This document shows positions 14,431 to 28,890 of a stretch of DNA of 63,374 bases, one piece after another. The DNA comes from Octopus bimaculoides. Lineage: Eukaryota. The notes under the pieces are model-generated. The model did not search any database and was not told the DNA's origin. It was given only the letters and a program-made list of their open reading frames with translations. Both the position numbers and the translations under genes were made by a program. The first letter of the stretch is position 1, and each line of letters starts with the position of its first letter. Location: contig NC_068992.1 of NCBI RefSeq assembly GCF_001194135.2, positions 13,634,161 to 13,697,534 on the forward strand, given 5' to 3'.

Positions 14431-14582
14431 ATGTTCATTATCAGTTGGATACCATGCAGCATAGCACTGAGTTGAAACAATGACTATATAACCATACTAC
14501 AAGCACCATATATCCATACAGACATTAACAGCCAGGAACTTATAATCTTCCATCATACCATAGATAATTTTTTTTACTATTA

Positions 14583-15297
14583 TTTTATATGCTTCAGTCA
14601 TTTGGCTGCAGCCATGCTGGAGCACCGCCTCAAAGGCTTGTAGTTGAAGAAATCGACCCCAGCACTTATTCTTTGAAAGCCTAATACTTATTCTATCGGT
14701 CTTTTACCGCAAAGTAATGGGGATGTAAATACACCAGCCTCAGTATATATATATANNNNNNNNNNNNNNNNNNNNNNNNNNNNNNNNNNNNNNNNNNNNN
14801 NNNNNNNNNNNNNNNNNNNNNNNNNNNNNNNNNNNNNNNNNNNNNNNNNNNNNNNNNNNNNNNNNNNNNNNNNNNNNNNNNNNNNNNNNNNNNNNNNNNN
14901 NNNNNNNNNNNNNNNNNNNNNNNNNNNNNNNNNNNNNNNNNNNNNNNNNNNNNNNNNNNNNNNNNNNNNNNNNNNNNNNNNNNNNNNNNNNNNNNNNNNN
15001 NNNNNNNNNNNNNNNNNNNNNNNNNNNNNNNNNNNNNNNNNNNNNNNNNNNNNNNNNNNNNNNNNNNNNNNNNNNNNNNNNNNNNNNNNNNNNNNNNNNN
15101 NNNNNNNNNNNNNNNNNNNNNNNNNNNNNNNNNNNNNNNNNNNNNNNNNNNNNNNNNNNNNNNNNNNNNNNNNNNNNNNNNNNNNNNNNNNNNNNNNNNN
15201 NNNNNNNNNNNNNNNNNNNNNNNNNNNNNNNNNNNNNNNNNNNNNNNNNNNNNNNNNNNNNNNNNNNNNNNNNNNNNNNNNNNNNNNNNNNNNNNNN

Positions 15298-15330
<33 letters not shown>

Positions 15331-15428
15331 CATGGATATACGACCAACTTTTTGTTTCTGTCAACCAAATCCACCTACAAGGCCTCATTCGAAGCTATAG
15401 TGGAAGATATTTGCCCAAGGTGCTATGT
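14583..15428 (-). mobile_element. SINE family B split by an assembly gap at its internal (AT)n
   Basis: 3' half at 14583-14742 (GCCATGCTGGAGCACCGCC..ATCGACCCCAG) and 5' half at 15330-15428 (..GCTATAGTGGAAGATATTTGCCCAAGGTGC) are collinear with the 48441 copy. Confidence 0.8.
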
Positions 15429-15432
15429 AAAG

Positions 15433-15796
15433 TGTTAGATTAACCATCGCAGACGATTTTTCGGCTTTATTCTTGAGAGTGATCTGTTGTTTCTGCTTTT
15501 ATATAGCTGGATCGCTGCTTTGTCAGCCCTTCCTCATACGCTTTCCTCTGGGAAGGCTTTTCTTTGCCTGGTTTTGTTGGTTTACAATTTTCATCGATGT
15601 TTCTATAATTTTACTTTTTCTATGCAGTGGAGTTCGCCCCACGCACATCCATGCCGCTAAGCGTTTTCCCCTCTCACTCAGGATTCTACCGGCTCACCAT
15701 CTTTTCATAAAAGTGCAATGATAGATTACTCTTCATTATAATATGAAGAGCGTTTGAATCTCCATATCACACTGTAGAAAAGCACCATATATTACA
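15433..15796 (-). mobile_element. Possible solo LTR
   Basis: Minus strand runs TGTAAT...TCTAACA (TG..CA), with TATATAAAAG (15505-15496) followed about 25 nt later by AATAAA (15471-15466). Candidate 4-bp TSD is imperfect (AAAG/AATA). Confidence 0.35.
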
Positions 15797-16617
15797 AATA
15801 TCACGGACACTATCCACAAGAGAAGTGTAAACCATCTCACGCTGTGGACACCATAATCATTTGATCTTCACAAGTGGGTGACAATCCAAATGTCACAAAG
15901 AACGTAGTCGTCATTTTGAAGTGTCACATGTTCTCCTAACAATAGAAGTTATATTTCACTGAAATCGTTTCCCATCTTAAAAAGGGAAAACCACACTTCT
16001 TTATGCATGTGTGAACTCAGTGTCGATCGTCCTTGTTGTTGAAATACTGTCTACGCACGCCGAATTGATTATGGGTTAAATATCCCCCGCAACAGTTGGA
16101 TGCAATTACAGTCAATCTTTGGAAAGCATTCAAACAATAGTAATGTGAGATGGCATGACTCAATCTCACTGATTCATACTTTCAAGATTTGACAAGAAAA
16201 AGTAAAACATAGAAAAAGAGGGTAATTTAGACAGCCGTTAAATGTGTTAGTGTACGATGTCAATAATTTTACATTAACGGGGGAAGATGTTTTGTCTGCT
16301 TTCCTTTATTTAATGTAATAAGCTACAAACATACATATTGAAGCCCTTTTCGAAATTATACCTCAATCATATATATGCTCTGTACTGATTGCAAAAAGTT
16401 ACACTGAAATCGAAACATTGCTTTGTTAATAAAGACAAATTATATCACTAAATTAAATGAAATGCAACAGTATAAAGTATCCTGATAAAAAAAGAATCCG
16501 TTCTATGTAAGCCTGCAGGTGTGAAACTTTTCATTTAGAATATTATTCATTAACAGAACTAGATAGACATTGATCATTACTTTCCAAATAATACAATCAA
16601 CATATACATTTTGTATG

Positions 16618-16665
<48 letters not shown>

Positions 16666-18439
16666 TCAACATTTATTAACATCTCAATGTCATGTTGCTG
16701 TGATGCTCACCTTTAACTCTGGTACTGTTCTGATTCAGTAAAACGATGATAGTATCATTCGTTCTCTATCTCTATGATTTCATTTATGAAAATACAGTGT
16801 ACCTAAAATTGTTCAATGTATCTTCCATCCTTCATTTCTCTAAGATTGCAGCGTTTGCTCTGAAAGTACGTGTCGTGTACTGCTAGCATGTCGAGTGACT
16901 GGAGAAAATTGTTTCAAATAGCTGAAACATATTAACTTCAATTTCTGTAGCCTCATATAATGATATGGGATTCATAATATAATGCAGATATCATATAATA
17001 ATATGGATATCATATATTTCTGTAACAATATTGTTATTTTAATAATATAAATATTATATATTTCTGTTTTACTGTTGCTTTTATTAAATTATATTTTGCT
17101 CTAGCTTTTACACTGAAGTTTTTACACTGGCGGTTTACGATCTGTAAAATGGAATCCACGAAGATTTTAACTAATTTGATCAAAGTTATACAAATTCCAA
17201 TTTACCTCAACAATTTACGAAAATGTTACTGATATTAATAGATAGCTTACGTTAGAATAAGTGTTGTACTAAACATCGTCATAAAAACGGGAAATATAAT
17301 TAGAAAATACAGACATGAACAGTTAAAATGTAAAAGATCATATTCATAAGCTTTTAAACAAGAAATGTGTATGAAATATCCTAAATTTTATATCGTAAAT
17401 GTAATACTGAACAGAAATTATTATATTTGTGAAACATATCCAGATGCTTTTAGATAATGAAAATATACTTGGATTTATCCTCTGTCGAATTGAGAGGACA
17501 CTGTGTATGAGAAAATATGTCCGCTATGCAACACATCTTTGCATATCTGTTAAAAGCTAATTATGCGAAGTTAATTATAAACTCACGCAATATAAGGATG
17601 TGCAGCAGCAATTTAATGTAGATTGTAACCTCTTATAGCGTAAGTTCACAGACGGTTTGTACAAAGACATTATCTAAAAGTTAGTTCTCAGCCAATATGT
17701 ATGTACCTATATACGTATGTATGTGTGTTGGGAGGTAGGTAGGTAGGTAGGCAGGCAGGCAGGTAGGTAGTTAGATAGGTATTTTCTCTTACCCAATACA
17801 TTTAAATGTTCCAATTTTGTCATATACATTTTCCTGACAGATTTTGGGCTTCATCTTCCATCAACTCCTTTTTATGAACTTGATGTCTCCGCCACTATTA
17901 AATATATTTATTAAAATGTAAGATTTCCAGACTTTGCTTTGTTATCATTCTTTTTTTTTTTTTTTTTTTATAAAAATTAATATATATTTCCTGGTATAAA
18001 ATATTTAACGTTCATATGAACAAAAAAAAATTATTCATTTCATAAGACAGATAAACCAATAAAGAACATAAATTTGCCAATATTCAATTTTCAACGTGAG
18101 CTTCTTTTATAGTTTTCGAAAAAAGTATATAATTATTACTGTTTATTTATTAATAGGTTTCATTTTTCTATCATCTCCAGAGATTGACGTATTGACAAGC
18201 AAATAGTTAAAAAGAAAATCTGACGAGGGAAACGATAAGTTTTTTTTACAAAAAACTACGTGATAGATAAATGGCAAATAATCTGGGTTACATAACATTA
18301 CAACAATTCTTATCAATATAGGTGGTGACAAGTATAGTTATTGACTACTTAAAAATGCCGTAGCCCTTCAAGGAAGCAAATATTATATGATGAAGGACAG
18401 AACATTTGAAATTGTTTGCAGCAGCTACGATTTTATTTG

Positions 18440-18580
18440 AGCGGATAACATGTATATTTTTCGATGATATAGTTCTCGGTTTGATTCCATTTTGCAACAG
18501 TGCTTTCGGTAAGTGTCATGTGTGGGGTTCTAGCCTATCTGACCACAGTTTCTTAGAGAAATTTGATAAATCTTGAATAT
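18440..18580 (+). mobile_element. SINE family B, highly decayed 5' part
   Basis: GGTTTGATTCC..CTTTCGGTAAGTGTC..TAGCC..GACCA resembles the family B head/CORE. Confidence 0.35.
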
Positions 18581-18884
18581 GTAGCCGTACATATACGTGT
18601 GACTAGTTCACGTAACCCGACGATTAGATATTGGGATCTCGCTTTCTACAATTAATTGTAGTTCACCAGAGAGGGGAAGGAGGCCACATCCCCTTGCCCA
18701 ATGGGTCCTCTTTTTATGGATGATCTAGGACATTACGTACAACGGGCGTGTGATTTAGGTAGGGGGGATACTTTGGCTGCTATTTTTAGCGTGTCAAGCG
18801 ACCATGCAGAGGCTCTTTCATTAATATATTGGTTTCAAATTTTCGCTCCAGGTCAGAATGTTCTTTGTAGGGTAAGTGGACTGC

Positions 18885-19040
18885 GATGACTGCAGTCCTC
18901 ACCCGGTACTGATTTTATTGACCCTGAACGGATGAATGGCAAATTGGCCCACGGCGAAATTTAAACTCAGAACGTAAGAGAGGACGAGATGACGCTGAGC
19001 ATTTTGCTCGGCCTGCTAACGATTCTGTAAGTTCTCCGCT
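18885..19040 (-). mobile_element. SINE family A
   Basis: Contains GGTACTGATTTTATTGACCC..AAACTCAGAACGTAA..TGCTAACGATTCTG. Confidence 0.8.
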
Positions 19041-20630
19041 TTACATAATATGCATAAGACATTATTATTGAAAATCAATTCCTATTAATTGCACGTTTCA
19101 CTCCGCATAGTAGCAACATCAGGACTCGCATAGTTTTTGCACGAATATTTGTGTAATATATTAAAGCTGTCATAAATGATATACATGTATTTTTCATTTA
19201 GGTGCAGTAGTGTGTTTCAATTCAATGTAATATATTTCAGGTTACATAGAGTGCTGATAAATTTTGTCATTATACTAAAACCATTGTGTTCTGTATAACG
19301 AATAGATATTCATAACAATAACAATAGAGACCTGGAACTAATACTATATATACACGGGGTAACAATTATTTCATGAAAACAGCAGATAGCAATTAATTAA
19401 TTATGAGTGATAGTCTTGCTTTTAAATATTGTGCAACAAAACAATAACATTATTTTTTAAAGATAAATCTGCCTAAAACAAAGCTTAAATTATTTTTTAA
19501 AGTTTCAAATAGAATACAATATGAAAATGCAAATATAAATACACAGATTATTGATCGTAATATCATATGAACTAATATTTTCATAATAGGGTTGGAACTT
19601 GCAAACTTTGATTGAAACAGTACAATACATATGAACAAAGGAAGCTTGAATGATTCATAAAAAGATAGTACAGCATGACGATATCTAACTGATTCTGCAG
19701 AATAATGAAAAACGCTACGTTAGTAATTATAGCTAAAAATCACATTCATTAGGCGAGTACTCCAGTAGTGTTTCTAGGTCAATAGTGGAGAGGTTTTTGT
19801 GGGCAAAAGCATTGAATTCACGGTGCAAAATTACAGGGGACAAAAGAAAGAAATGCTTTGTTTTATTGGTTCTCTATTTTTGCACTTAAGGAACAAGTAG
19901 GAAACAATGCAAACGTTTGCGACGGTGTTAGAATTTATGCAAATCTTTTCGAGTTAGTTCATGATTGCCCTCAAAAACATTTGCTTGATGAATAGTCATC
20001 ATGCACAGTACCGATAAAAGATTAATTTCTGACCTTGAACAGGATCATATATTGCTCATTAAATTACCTCTCTATTGTACAGATTGTCACGGATAATGCT
20101 AGCACAATAATACGTGCATGATAACGAAACTGAATTTTGTGGGTGTGCTTCCGTATATCTTATCATTTCTCCTTTCCTGACCTGCGTTTATACCACGAGT
20201 TTCTATCATCATCTAATTTATGAATTGCCTGCAGTTTAATGATCTCAGAAATTCATGTGATGAATTGTTTCAGTTTATATCACGTGATTTGTAGTGAATT
20301 ACGTGAATGGAGCGAAATGGTTTGCATATATTCGCAGCGAACCGATTCTCTGTTTTAGTAAAAACGATGGGCTGCATGTATGGCAAGTCAAACCAGTCAA
20401 GGTGAAATATTTTATAGATAATTTGTCGATGTTTGAAAGGTCGTTTTGTTGGTAACATTTTCTTGAGAAAACTCACACTAGTTTGAGTTGTATAAAATAT
20501 AATCCTTGAAAAGGATTCATGTGTCTATGGACGATTGGACCTACTTAAGTGCCCCTGAATATGAATATAGACTTTGATTGGATCCCATTACATAGGATGG
20601 CAATTTTGTGTTGAATATTACAGTCAACAA

Positions 20631-20833
20631 AGGCAGCTAGCTAGCAGAAACGTTAGAACGCCGGGCGAAATGCTTAGCGGTATTTCGTCCGTCTGGGTTC
20701 AAATTTCGCCGAGATCATCTTTGCCTTTCATCGATTTGTGGTTGGTAAAATATTTACTAGTGGAAGTCTGGTGTTGGTGTAAATGACTTAATCATTCACC
20801 CCAAATTACTAGCCTTGTGCCAAAATTTAAACC
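20631..20833 (+). mobile_element. SINE family A
   Basis: Contains GCAGAAACGTTAGAACGCCGGGCGAAATGCTTAGCGGTATTTCGTC..GGGTTCAAATTTCGCC..CTTTGCCTTTCATC..GCCTTGTGCCAAAATT. Confidence 0.85.
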
Positions 20834-21650
20834 AATATCACAGTCAACGTGAATAGTTTAATATTATAATCGGAGAGATTTGTATGTATGCCATTATTCA
20901 GCTTTATTCCAAGATTACTAACCGATAGATAAGGAGCCAGATTCTAACTGAAATCCAAGGTTCTTTCATCGGAATTTCCTCATCAACAACAGGGTGTTTT
21001 ATATGTATGTATGCGTGCAGATTTATATGTTTTGTTTTATGTCTTCTCATGGATATAGTTGCACAATTAGACATGCTGATATATACTTAAATGATAAATT
21101 TCTGGAAACTTTTACCGAAGTTTACAGTTCCACTGATGGCTTGGATTTGTAGTCTTCGAATCAGCTCTCTCCTTTCTCGTTTTGAGAATCCTAATTCCTC
21201 AATATCTATGTATGTAAACATGTATGTGCATACTTATAAAGCGAGCGAGAGAAAGAGAGAGAGAATGGGAGAGAAAGAGATACGAAGTGTTTCAAAACTT
21301 ATCCGACTATTTCTTCCCGCCAAAAGTAATGCTGCAAAATATTGTATCCAGTTGATGACGCCACCTGCGCACGCAGGATAAATATTAGTATACATACGTA
21401 TATTTGCTATTATTTTAAACTGTCGTATGTCCAAACTTGGCCAAATGCATTTTTTTTTTTCAGTATTTTTTATTTTATGCAAATAGCGGGTTTTGGTCAA
21501 ATTAATGTATCTGCAGGTGTTGCAGATGCCAAGATATCAAAAATTCTCAAAGTGTAGCACAACGGTTTTGCAATGGAATGGGGAAACTGTTTTTTCGTGT
21601 TCTGAAAAAGCAGCGCTTTATACTTACGACACTTTTACATAATAGCAACG

Positions 21651-21651
<1 letters not shown>

Positions 21652-21725
<74 letters not shown>

Positions 21726-21752
21726 TGCGTCTGTGTGTGTGTGTGTGTGTGA
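21652..21752. repeat. (GT)n microsatellite
   Basis: Directly visible. Confidence 0.97.
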
Positions 21753-24001
21753 GAGTATGTGTACGCACATTGTGTCTAGACCGAATATTTTAGGAATATG
21801 TCCAGGAATATGTTTGTGTATGGACATGCATGTTTTTTTTTTCTCTAAACCACGTATTTACAAGCAGTCGATATTTGAATGATGAATTTTAACAAACAAT
21901 GGTCTGGATCCTCCGAAACAATAAACAGGAAACAAAACGAAATTACAAAAGAGAGACTAGAAGAATATGTTATTTCAAGACAATTGGAAATCGTTCTCCT
22001 ACATCATGTCGACTTTCATGTTACGAATGGTTCAAGGTCAAAATCAAATAACAATGGAAGATAGATACACACACACAAACACATACACATATATATGAAT
22101 GCGTATACATATACATCATGGATTCACTCGTCGATTTCAGTATATGAGTGTCTAACAGGATGTTGTCTCTTGTTTTACTTCTAAAGTCTATGTCTCTTAT
22201 GCAACTTTAATCCTTCCAACAAGAAACTCCTCAGATTGGACATGAGAATGTATTGATATTTATAGCAGCTGGCATGTTAGTTCGAGAATTTATCTTTTCT
22301 TTCAGTTGTTTATAAGAATAAACAATTTGAAGATGTTAATGGACTTTATAGGAGTTAGCCTCATTCTTTGGAATTAATGTAGATTTTTAAGTGTTTTGGG
22401 GGAAGTCTTTTTCAATTTTAGGTTAACCTTAAGATTTTCTGCGTACCTTAGCCACAGTCTTCTTAAGCATTTCTTTCTATGATGCAGCACTCTATATATT
22501 CATTACAATTAATTCCATCACATTTGCAGCGGAGAAGGCAGATGAATAGTTTCGGCCATTAAGGCCCACACGGTATTACAATGTGATAAAATAACAAGGT
22601 AGAATCTAGAAGTTCAGGTAACAGCCAAGGTAAGTCAGTCACACTGTCCCGAAACTCGATCAATGCTATGGACATGAGTTTCTATCTCCAAAATTTGTCA
22701 TTATCGCTATCGCAACTCTCTATTAGCTCCATGGATACGAGATATTTAGACACATCCCAAAAATACGCACATTAAAATGGCGGCCTCGGTAATTTGAAAG
22801 AATAAGAGGAAGATGAAATAAATGATATAACACTAGGCAGCCAGTGGCTTGTGTTTAGGAACGAAGACAACAACAAAATATTTTAAAATATATGATTCAT
22901 TAAAATTATCTCCGCTTCCAGATATAGAAGAAAAAATTAAACTAGAATTATTTTTCCCCCACAATAAAAATATAAGAGAAATTTAAACAAGAAATAACTT
23001 TTTTTATTTTCGTGAGGCAATTCATGTTTCTGCTAAAATATAACTTAATAGTATGAAATTATCTCTCTTCATGTAACGTAATTTGCTACAATTTATCAAC
23101 ATGTGTTTGCTTCCTTTCATGGACTAAGGCACATGCTCACTTCTCATTGATATTAGTTGCATTTAATTGTGGCGTTGCCTGTACTACAGTCTTCACAAAT
23201 ATATATGTAGTTTATGAATGCCCTTTTTTCTATTCTTTCGCGAAACTCATTTACTACAGTATATCGCCGATGTGTCAATTAATCCCTGAAAACATTGTCA
23301 CTCCTAGCAAAAGAAAAATATATATATATAATTGTGTCCTGGCTTAATTACATTTATCATTCATCAAAATATCCTTCAGCAATATTTTTAGAATGATGTT
23401 CGTTTTCTCGTACACCAAGGGATAACTACCTAAAAAGTAGAAATATTTCAAGATATTACCGTCGTAGAAAATATAATATAAAAAGAAAATTGAATTTAAC
23501 ATCTGAAGATTTACTTGAACATTTGGTTGGTGAAAGTCTGGTGTCAGGAGAAAAATGTGATTTTCTCTATTCTTAATTTTGTTGTCTTACAATACAAATT
23601 GCTTGAAAGTCTCCTCAGCGATATTTGGATCGGATCTCCTGGTACATGAAGAATGTTTCTTACATGTTTATTCTACATGCTTTTATTTGTATCTGATTGA
23701 TGGATATAGTAAGCCAAATTCATTTAACATTGAATGTTTTATGGATATATGTTTGGATTCATTAATCTCCTTTACGAGTGGATACTGAAAAAAGTTCCTA
23801 ACTTTGGGTAAAAGAAAAAAAGGAGGATCAGTTAATTATGATTTTATTCAACATATTCCTTTCTCAGATTCACACACTTATTGCAGCGGTCCTGCAATTT
23901 TTTCTCACTCCTGTAAAAAAAACTCGAAAGTTTGGGGCATCCAAATCATGCATTTCTCCTCACCCTTAAAGTCAGGGACTTTTCAGCATCCCTCGTTTAT
24001 A

Positions 24002-24053
<52 letters not shown>

Positions 24054-24881
24054 TGTAAGTATGTATGTATGTATGTGTGTATTGTCAAGATCAGTGTCAA
24101 GTTCACGGACAACAATTAAACTCCAATTAAACATCAAAAGCTATTCATTACACATGAGGTCAAGAATCGTTGTTGACTACCGATGTAATGTCATGTGTCT
24201 ACTTTTCTGGGTGCACTATTGGTTGTAAACATCACTGGTGTAGTGGACATTTCAAAGATAAAATCTTAGAACTTGGAACGTGAATAGTCTGTCTGTAACA
24301 TCAAAACGCAGCAGGAGATTTCAGTAAAATCAGACACTTGATATACAGTTTAACAAATAAGTGAAAATGAGTAAAAAGAGATAGAAGCAAAAGAAGTAAT
24401 AGATAAAGGACATTCATTCAAAGAGAAGTTAGATGACAAAAAAAAACTTGTGAACAGGACAGAGGGAACTATAAGGAGAAAAGTAAGAAAGAGTAAAATT
24501 CAATGAAAACAGCAAGGGTGAAGACAGAAAGAAAAGAAAAGAAACCTAATAATAATAATTTTTAATCGGAACACAAAGTGTGAAGAGGGGAGGGGTATTA
24601 TGAACGTCGAAATATAAGTTAGAAACTTGAGTGAGAGAAACGAAGAATATAAAGGCAGGGAGCAAGAAGAAACAAATTTGGAGAGGAGGTGGGCACTTGT
24701 AGAAGAGTGAGGGAGAGGTGGAAAATGTGAATACAAGAACAGGAGAATTTCATCGGAATTAGAATTATGATAAAATCAAGAATTTATGGACACATTTACT
24801 AGAAAAACCAAATCTAGACGGAGATATGATGAGGCAGGCACCAATAAAGTGGAATATATGTGTGTGTGCATGCCGGTGTGC

Positions 24882-24917
<36 letters not shown>

Positions 24918-25483
24918 TTTTTCTTCGAGTTTCATTTAAGTTCCACTTGAGAGAGTTCNNNNNNNNNNNNNNNNNNNNNNNNNNNNNNNNNNNNNNNNNN
25001 NNNNNNNNNNNNNNNNNNNNNNNNNNNNNNNNNNNNNNNNNNNNNNNNNNNNNNNNNNNNNNNNNNNNNNNNNNNNNNNNNNNNNNNNNNNNNNNNNNNN
25101 NNNNNNNNNNNNNNNNNNNNNNNNNNNNNNNNNNNNNNNNNNNNNNNNNNNNNNNNNNNNNNNNNNNNNNNNNNNNNNNNNNNNNNNNNNNNNNNNNNNN
25201 NNNNNNNNNNNNNNNNNNNNNNNNNNNNNNNNNNNNNNNNNNNNNNNNNNNNNNNNNNNNNNNNNNNNNNNNNNNNNNNNNNNNNNNNNNNNNNNNNNNN
25301 NNNNNNNNNNNNNNNNNNNNNNNNNNNNNNNNNNNNNNNNNNNNNNNNNNNNNNNNNNNNNNNNNNNNNNNNNNNNNNNNNNNNNNNNNNNNNNNNNNNN
25401 NNNNNNNNNNNNNNNNNNNNNNNNNNNNNNNNNNNNNNNNNNNNNNNNNNNNNNNNNNNNNNNNNNNNNNNNNNNNNNNNNNN

Positions 25484-25555
<72 letters not shown>

Positions 25556-26018
25556 TGTATATATATTTGTTTATATTTATATGTATATGTATATATATTA
25601 TATAAGCATATTATTTTCAATGTTCAAAATTTATTAACTAAAAACGATATTTACTTTGGAACCACGTCTCCCAGAATCAATGATCGTACAAAAATGATTT
25701 TTTTTATCTCTAGAGAATATAAGAGTGACATTTTCAAATGTTAAATATTGGAAAATACTTGTCGTCTGCTTTAGTACATTTATTCATGTTTTTGTCAAAG
25801 TTTTTCTCTTTACTTTCTCTAGCAATAATAATAATAGTCGCTTTTAAAAATCGGATCCTTATAGTTGCTGATAAATTGAACAGGGAAATTCTTTTCCCCA
25901 ATTTCTAAATAAAGATTATTATAAAGTGAGTACACTTTCCAAACAAATCAGCTATATAGAAAACTCTACAATAAAATAAACAGATATATATATATATATG
26001 TATATATATACACATATA

Positions 26019-26053
<35 letters not shown>

Positions 26054-27128
26054 NNNNNNNNNNNNNNNNNNNNNNNNNNNNNNNNNNNNNNNNNNNNNNN
26101 NNNNNNNNNNNNNNNNNNNNNNNNNNNNNNNNNNNNNNNNNNNNNNNNNNNNNNNNNNNNNNNNNNNNNNNNNNNNNNNNNNNNNNNNNNNNNNNNNNNN
26201 NNNNNNNNNNNNNNNNNNNNNNNNNNNNNNNNNNNNNNNNNNNNNNNNNNNNNNNNNNNNNNNNNATATATAGGTAGAAAGGCAGACAGGTAGAAAGAGA
26301 GAAAAATAGACAGATCGATCGATTGGTAGACATAGCAACATGTACATGTGTGTGCGTGCACGCGCACGTTTGTGTGTGTATGTATATATATATATGTATA
26401 TATTGATATATGTATGAATGTATATACGTATATACATACATACATACATACATACATACATACATACATACATACATACATACATACGTATATTACAAAG
26501 TCAGAATTAAATAAGATATATTTATGTGAAGTCTCGAATGGCTTCCCACAAGAAAAAAAAAAGAAATTATAATAGATTTTGAAATTCTAAGACATGACAT
26601 TAAGTTTCATAGCTTGAAATCTGAGCAAATAATCTTCGCAAAATTTAATATCACCGGCTTTGTAGAGAATTTGTTATTTTATTTTTTCTTCATGTAAATA
26701 TGTTTTTATATTCAAACACTTTTCTGAAAAGCGGGACCCAAATTTACTTTAGGAATGAATCATTTTGGCATGAACATCAATCGTCCTAGGTAAATTTCAT
26801 TTTCAGATCTTGTTTTATGTTTTAATCTCATTTTCTGCCCAAGCTGGAGTAAACAAAATACATTAAGCATGCTACTTGACGAACCATTACCTCAATATTT
26901 TCATTTCCGTGATAACTGAAATTCACAGATTAGTGAAGCTAAATTATATATTCGTAATGAAGCCCTCATACTCACGTATATACACAAGCACACATACACA
27001 TACAAACAAATATACATACACGCCTATAATACTAACGCCCCCGCTAAAGCTTCAGGTAGAAGGCCTTGGTTTCGGTAAAGACGGACATCCTACACGAAAG
27101 CATTAAACACAAATTTCGCCGATGCATA

Positions 27129-27250
27129 CTTTCTCTTTCCTCTTTTTGAGGTCGATAAAGTAAGTACCAGTTGAAGTTCAGAGCGATGTTATCGACTTAG
27201 CCCCGCTCGCAAAATGTCTGATCTTGTGACAAAGCTTGAAACTGTTATTA
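27129..27250 (+). mobile_element. SINE family A, 3' part
   Basis: Contains GAGGTCGATAAAGTAAGTACCAGTTG..ATCGACTTAGCCCC..CTTGTGACAAA. Confidence 0.7.
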
Positions 27251-27782
27251 TTCACCTCAGTTGGAAGCTTAATGTTTTTTGGGGTTTTTTTAGTTTGTCT
27301 TTGTAACTTAATATTTATCGTATTTCTATGTTAGAAGAAATATTGCGACGTCCACACATACACAGATTTCAAATGATATGACCTTTGGAAGTGACATATG
27401 AAAATTATACATAAGTTACTCTGGAGACTATAGTGGTTTTTCACAGATTGTTTAACGTTTCACGAAGATTACGTTGAATTATACATTTTATATTTGTTAA
27501 AAAACAATTATCGTAAGTCTCATCGAGCCGCATATATTGGGTCCGATATAATACGCACAAAGGGTTGAGCCTAACTCAAACCATTTGCAGATAAGTTCAT
27601 ATAAAATGTTACCAACTTCATTACCCATAATTATACAAATATATTATACCGGGAACGTCTACATTTACTCTCCCCATGATAATCTTTTAGTAACATTAAT
27701 TCTTTTAAACCTTCAATAAAAAAAAGACGGCATTCGGGCTTTCCGACTATCCATAAGGTAATAAAGGCCTAACGTTCTGTCG

Positions 27783-27900
27783 GTTATGACGGCGAGTGTT
27801 TCAGTTGTTTCGATCAATCGAACAGCCTGCACATCATATTAACCTGGAAGTGACTCAGCACTCCGTAGACACGCGTACCCTTAACGTTTCTATCAGTGAA
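27783..27900 (-). mobile_element. SINE family C, 3' fragment
   Basis: ..GATCAATCGAACAGCCTGC..AGCACTCCGTAGACACGCGTACCCTTAACGT matches 9470-9552. Confidence 0.8.
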
Positions 27901-28847
27901 TACAGGTAATAATTAACAACTATATATATATATATATATATAAAATCAAAAATGGTAGTTCTAAAATTTCTCGAAGAGATCAACGCAGTAGTTGTACTGT
28001 CAAGTAAAACACGTTGCTATTTCACCATGGCAGCTGCCATCTGTAGCGGTGGAGAAGTCCAGTACTGAAGGGAGGCAAAAATAGCCCGAAACCAGGCTTG
28101 TCTGCTGGTTCCGTCGCTAGATGGTACTAGGGATTCGATCTCCTGCTCACAATAAATTGGATGCAGCTATAATGTCTGCTTGAACGGACAAACGTGTTGA
28201 AGTGGCTACGAATATTACTTACTTATATGTGTGTGTGTGTGTGTGTATGTGTGTGTGTGTGTGTGCGCGTGCGCGCNNNNNNNNNNGTGTGTGTGTGTAT
28301 GTGTGTGTGTGTGTGTGCGCGTGCGCGCGTGTATGTGTGTGCATACATACATAGGAACACAAATGGGTTTTCAAATTTGTTACACCATTTTTAGTTGAAT
28401 TTTAATGATGTGTGTATAGATTAATCTATTATCTCCGTGTAAAAATTTAAACAGGGCCAATGAGCTGCGAATAAAAACATTGATGGTGACGGATCCAACC
28501 AGTGTAGGATTGTTCCCCTGCATATACGTGTTTAAAATTTTAACTAACGAACCTCGATTATATGCTAAGATGTGGTCTATGAATAAATCAATGAAAATTT
28601 ACCGAACAAGCTGTAAATTTTATACATACGCCGCAACTAGAACCAGCCATGTGTAGGAACTACAGATTAAAATGCTATTGGTATCTAGATATCTACAGTG
28701 TCATTACCAATACATGATAGTTTGTGGTTCTTTTGCCTAGTGCAAAACTTGTGTTATTATTCCTAGCCACTTCCGTCTCCGTCCGTGTTGGTATGACAAT
28801 ATTGTAACGAATTCTATAACTAAGATATACATATGTGTGTGTGTGTG

Positions 28848-28890
<43 letters not shown>

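Noticed and set aside
21879-22064. 61-aa ORF in unique sequence
   Set aside because: It is short, shows no recognisable homology, and is within chance expectation for a 63-kb window.
22530-22629. 100-nt segment bounded by TTTGCAG and AAG|GTAAGT
   Set aside because: All three frames contain stops, and nothing else supports an exon.
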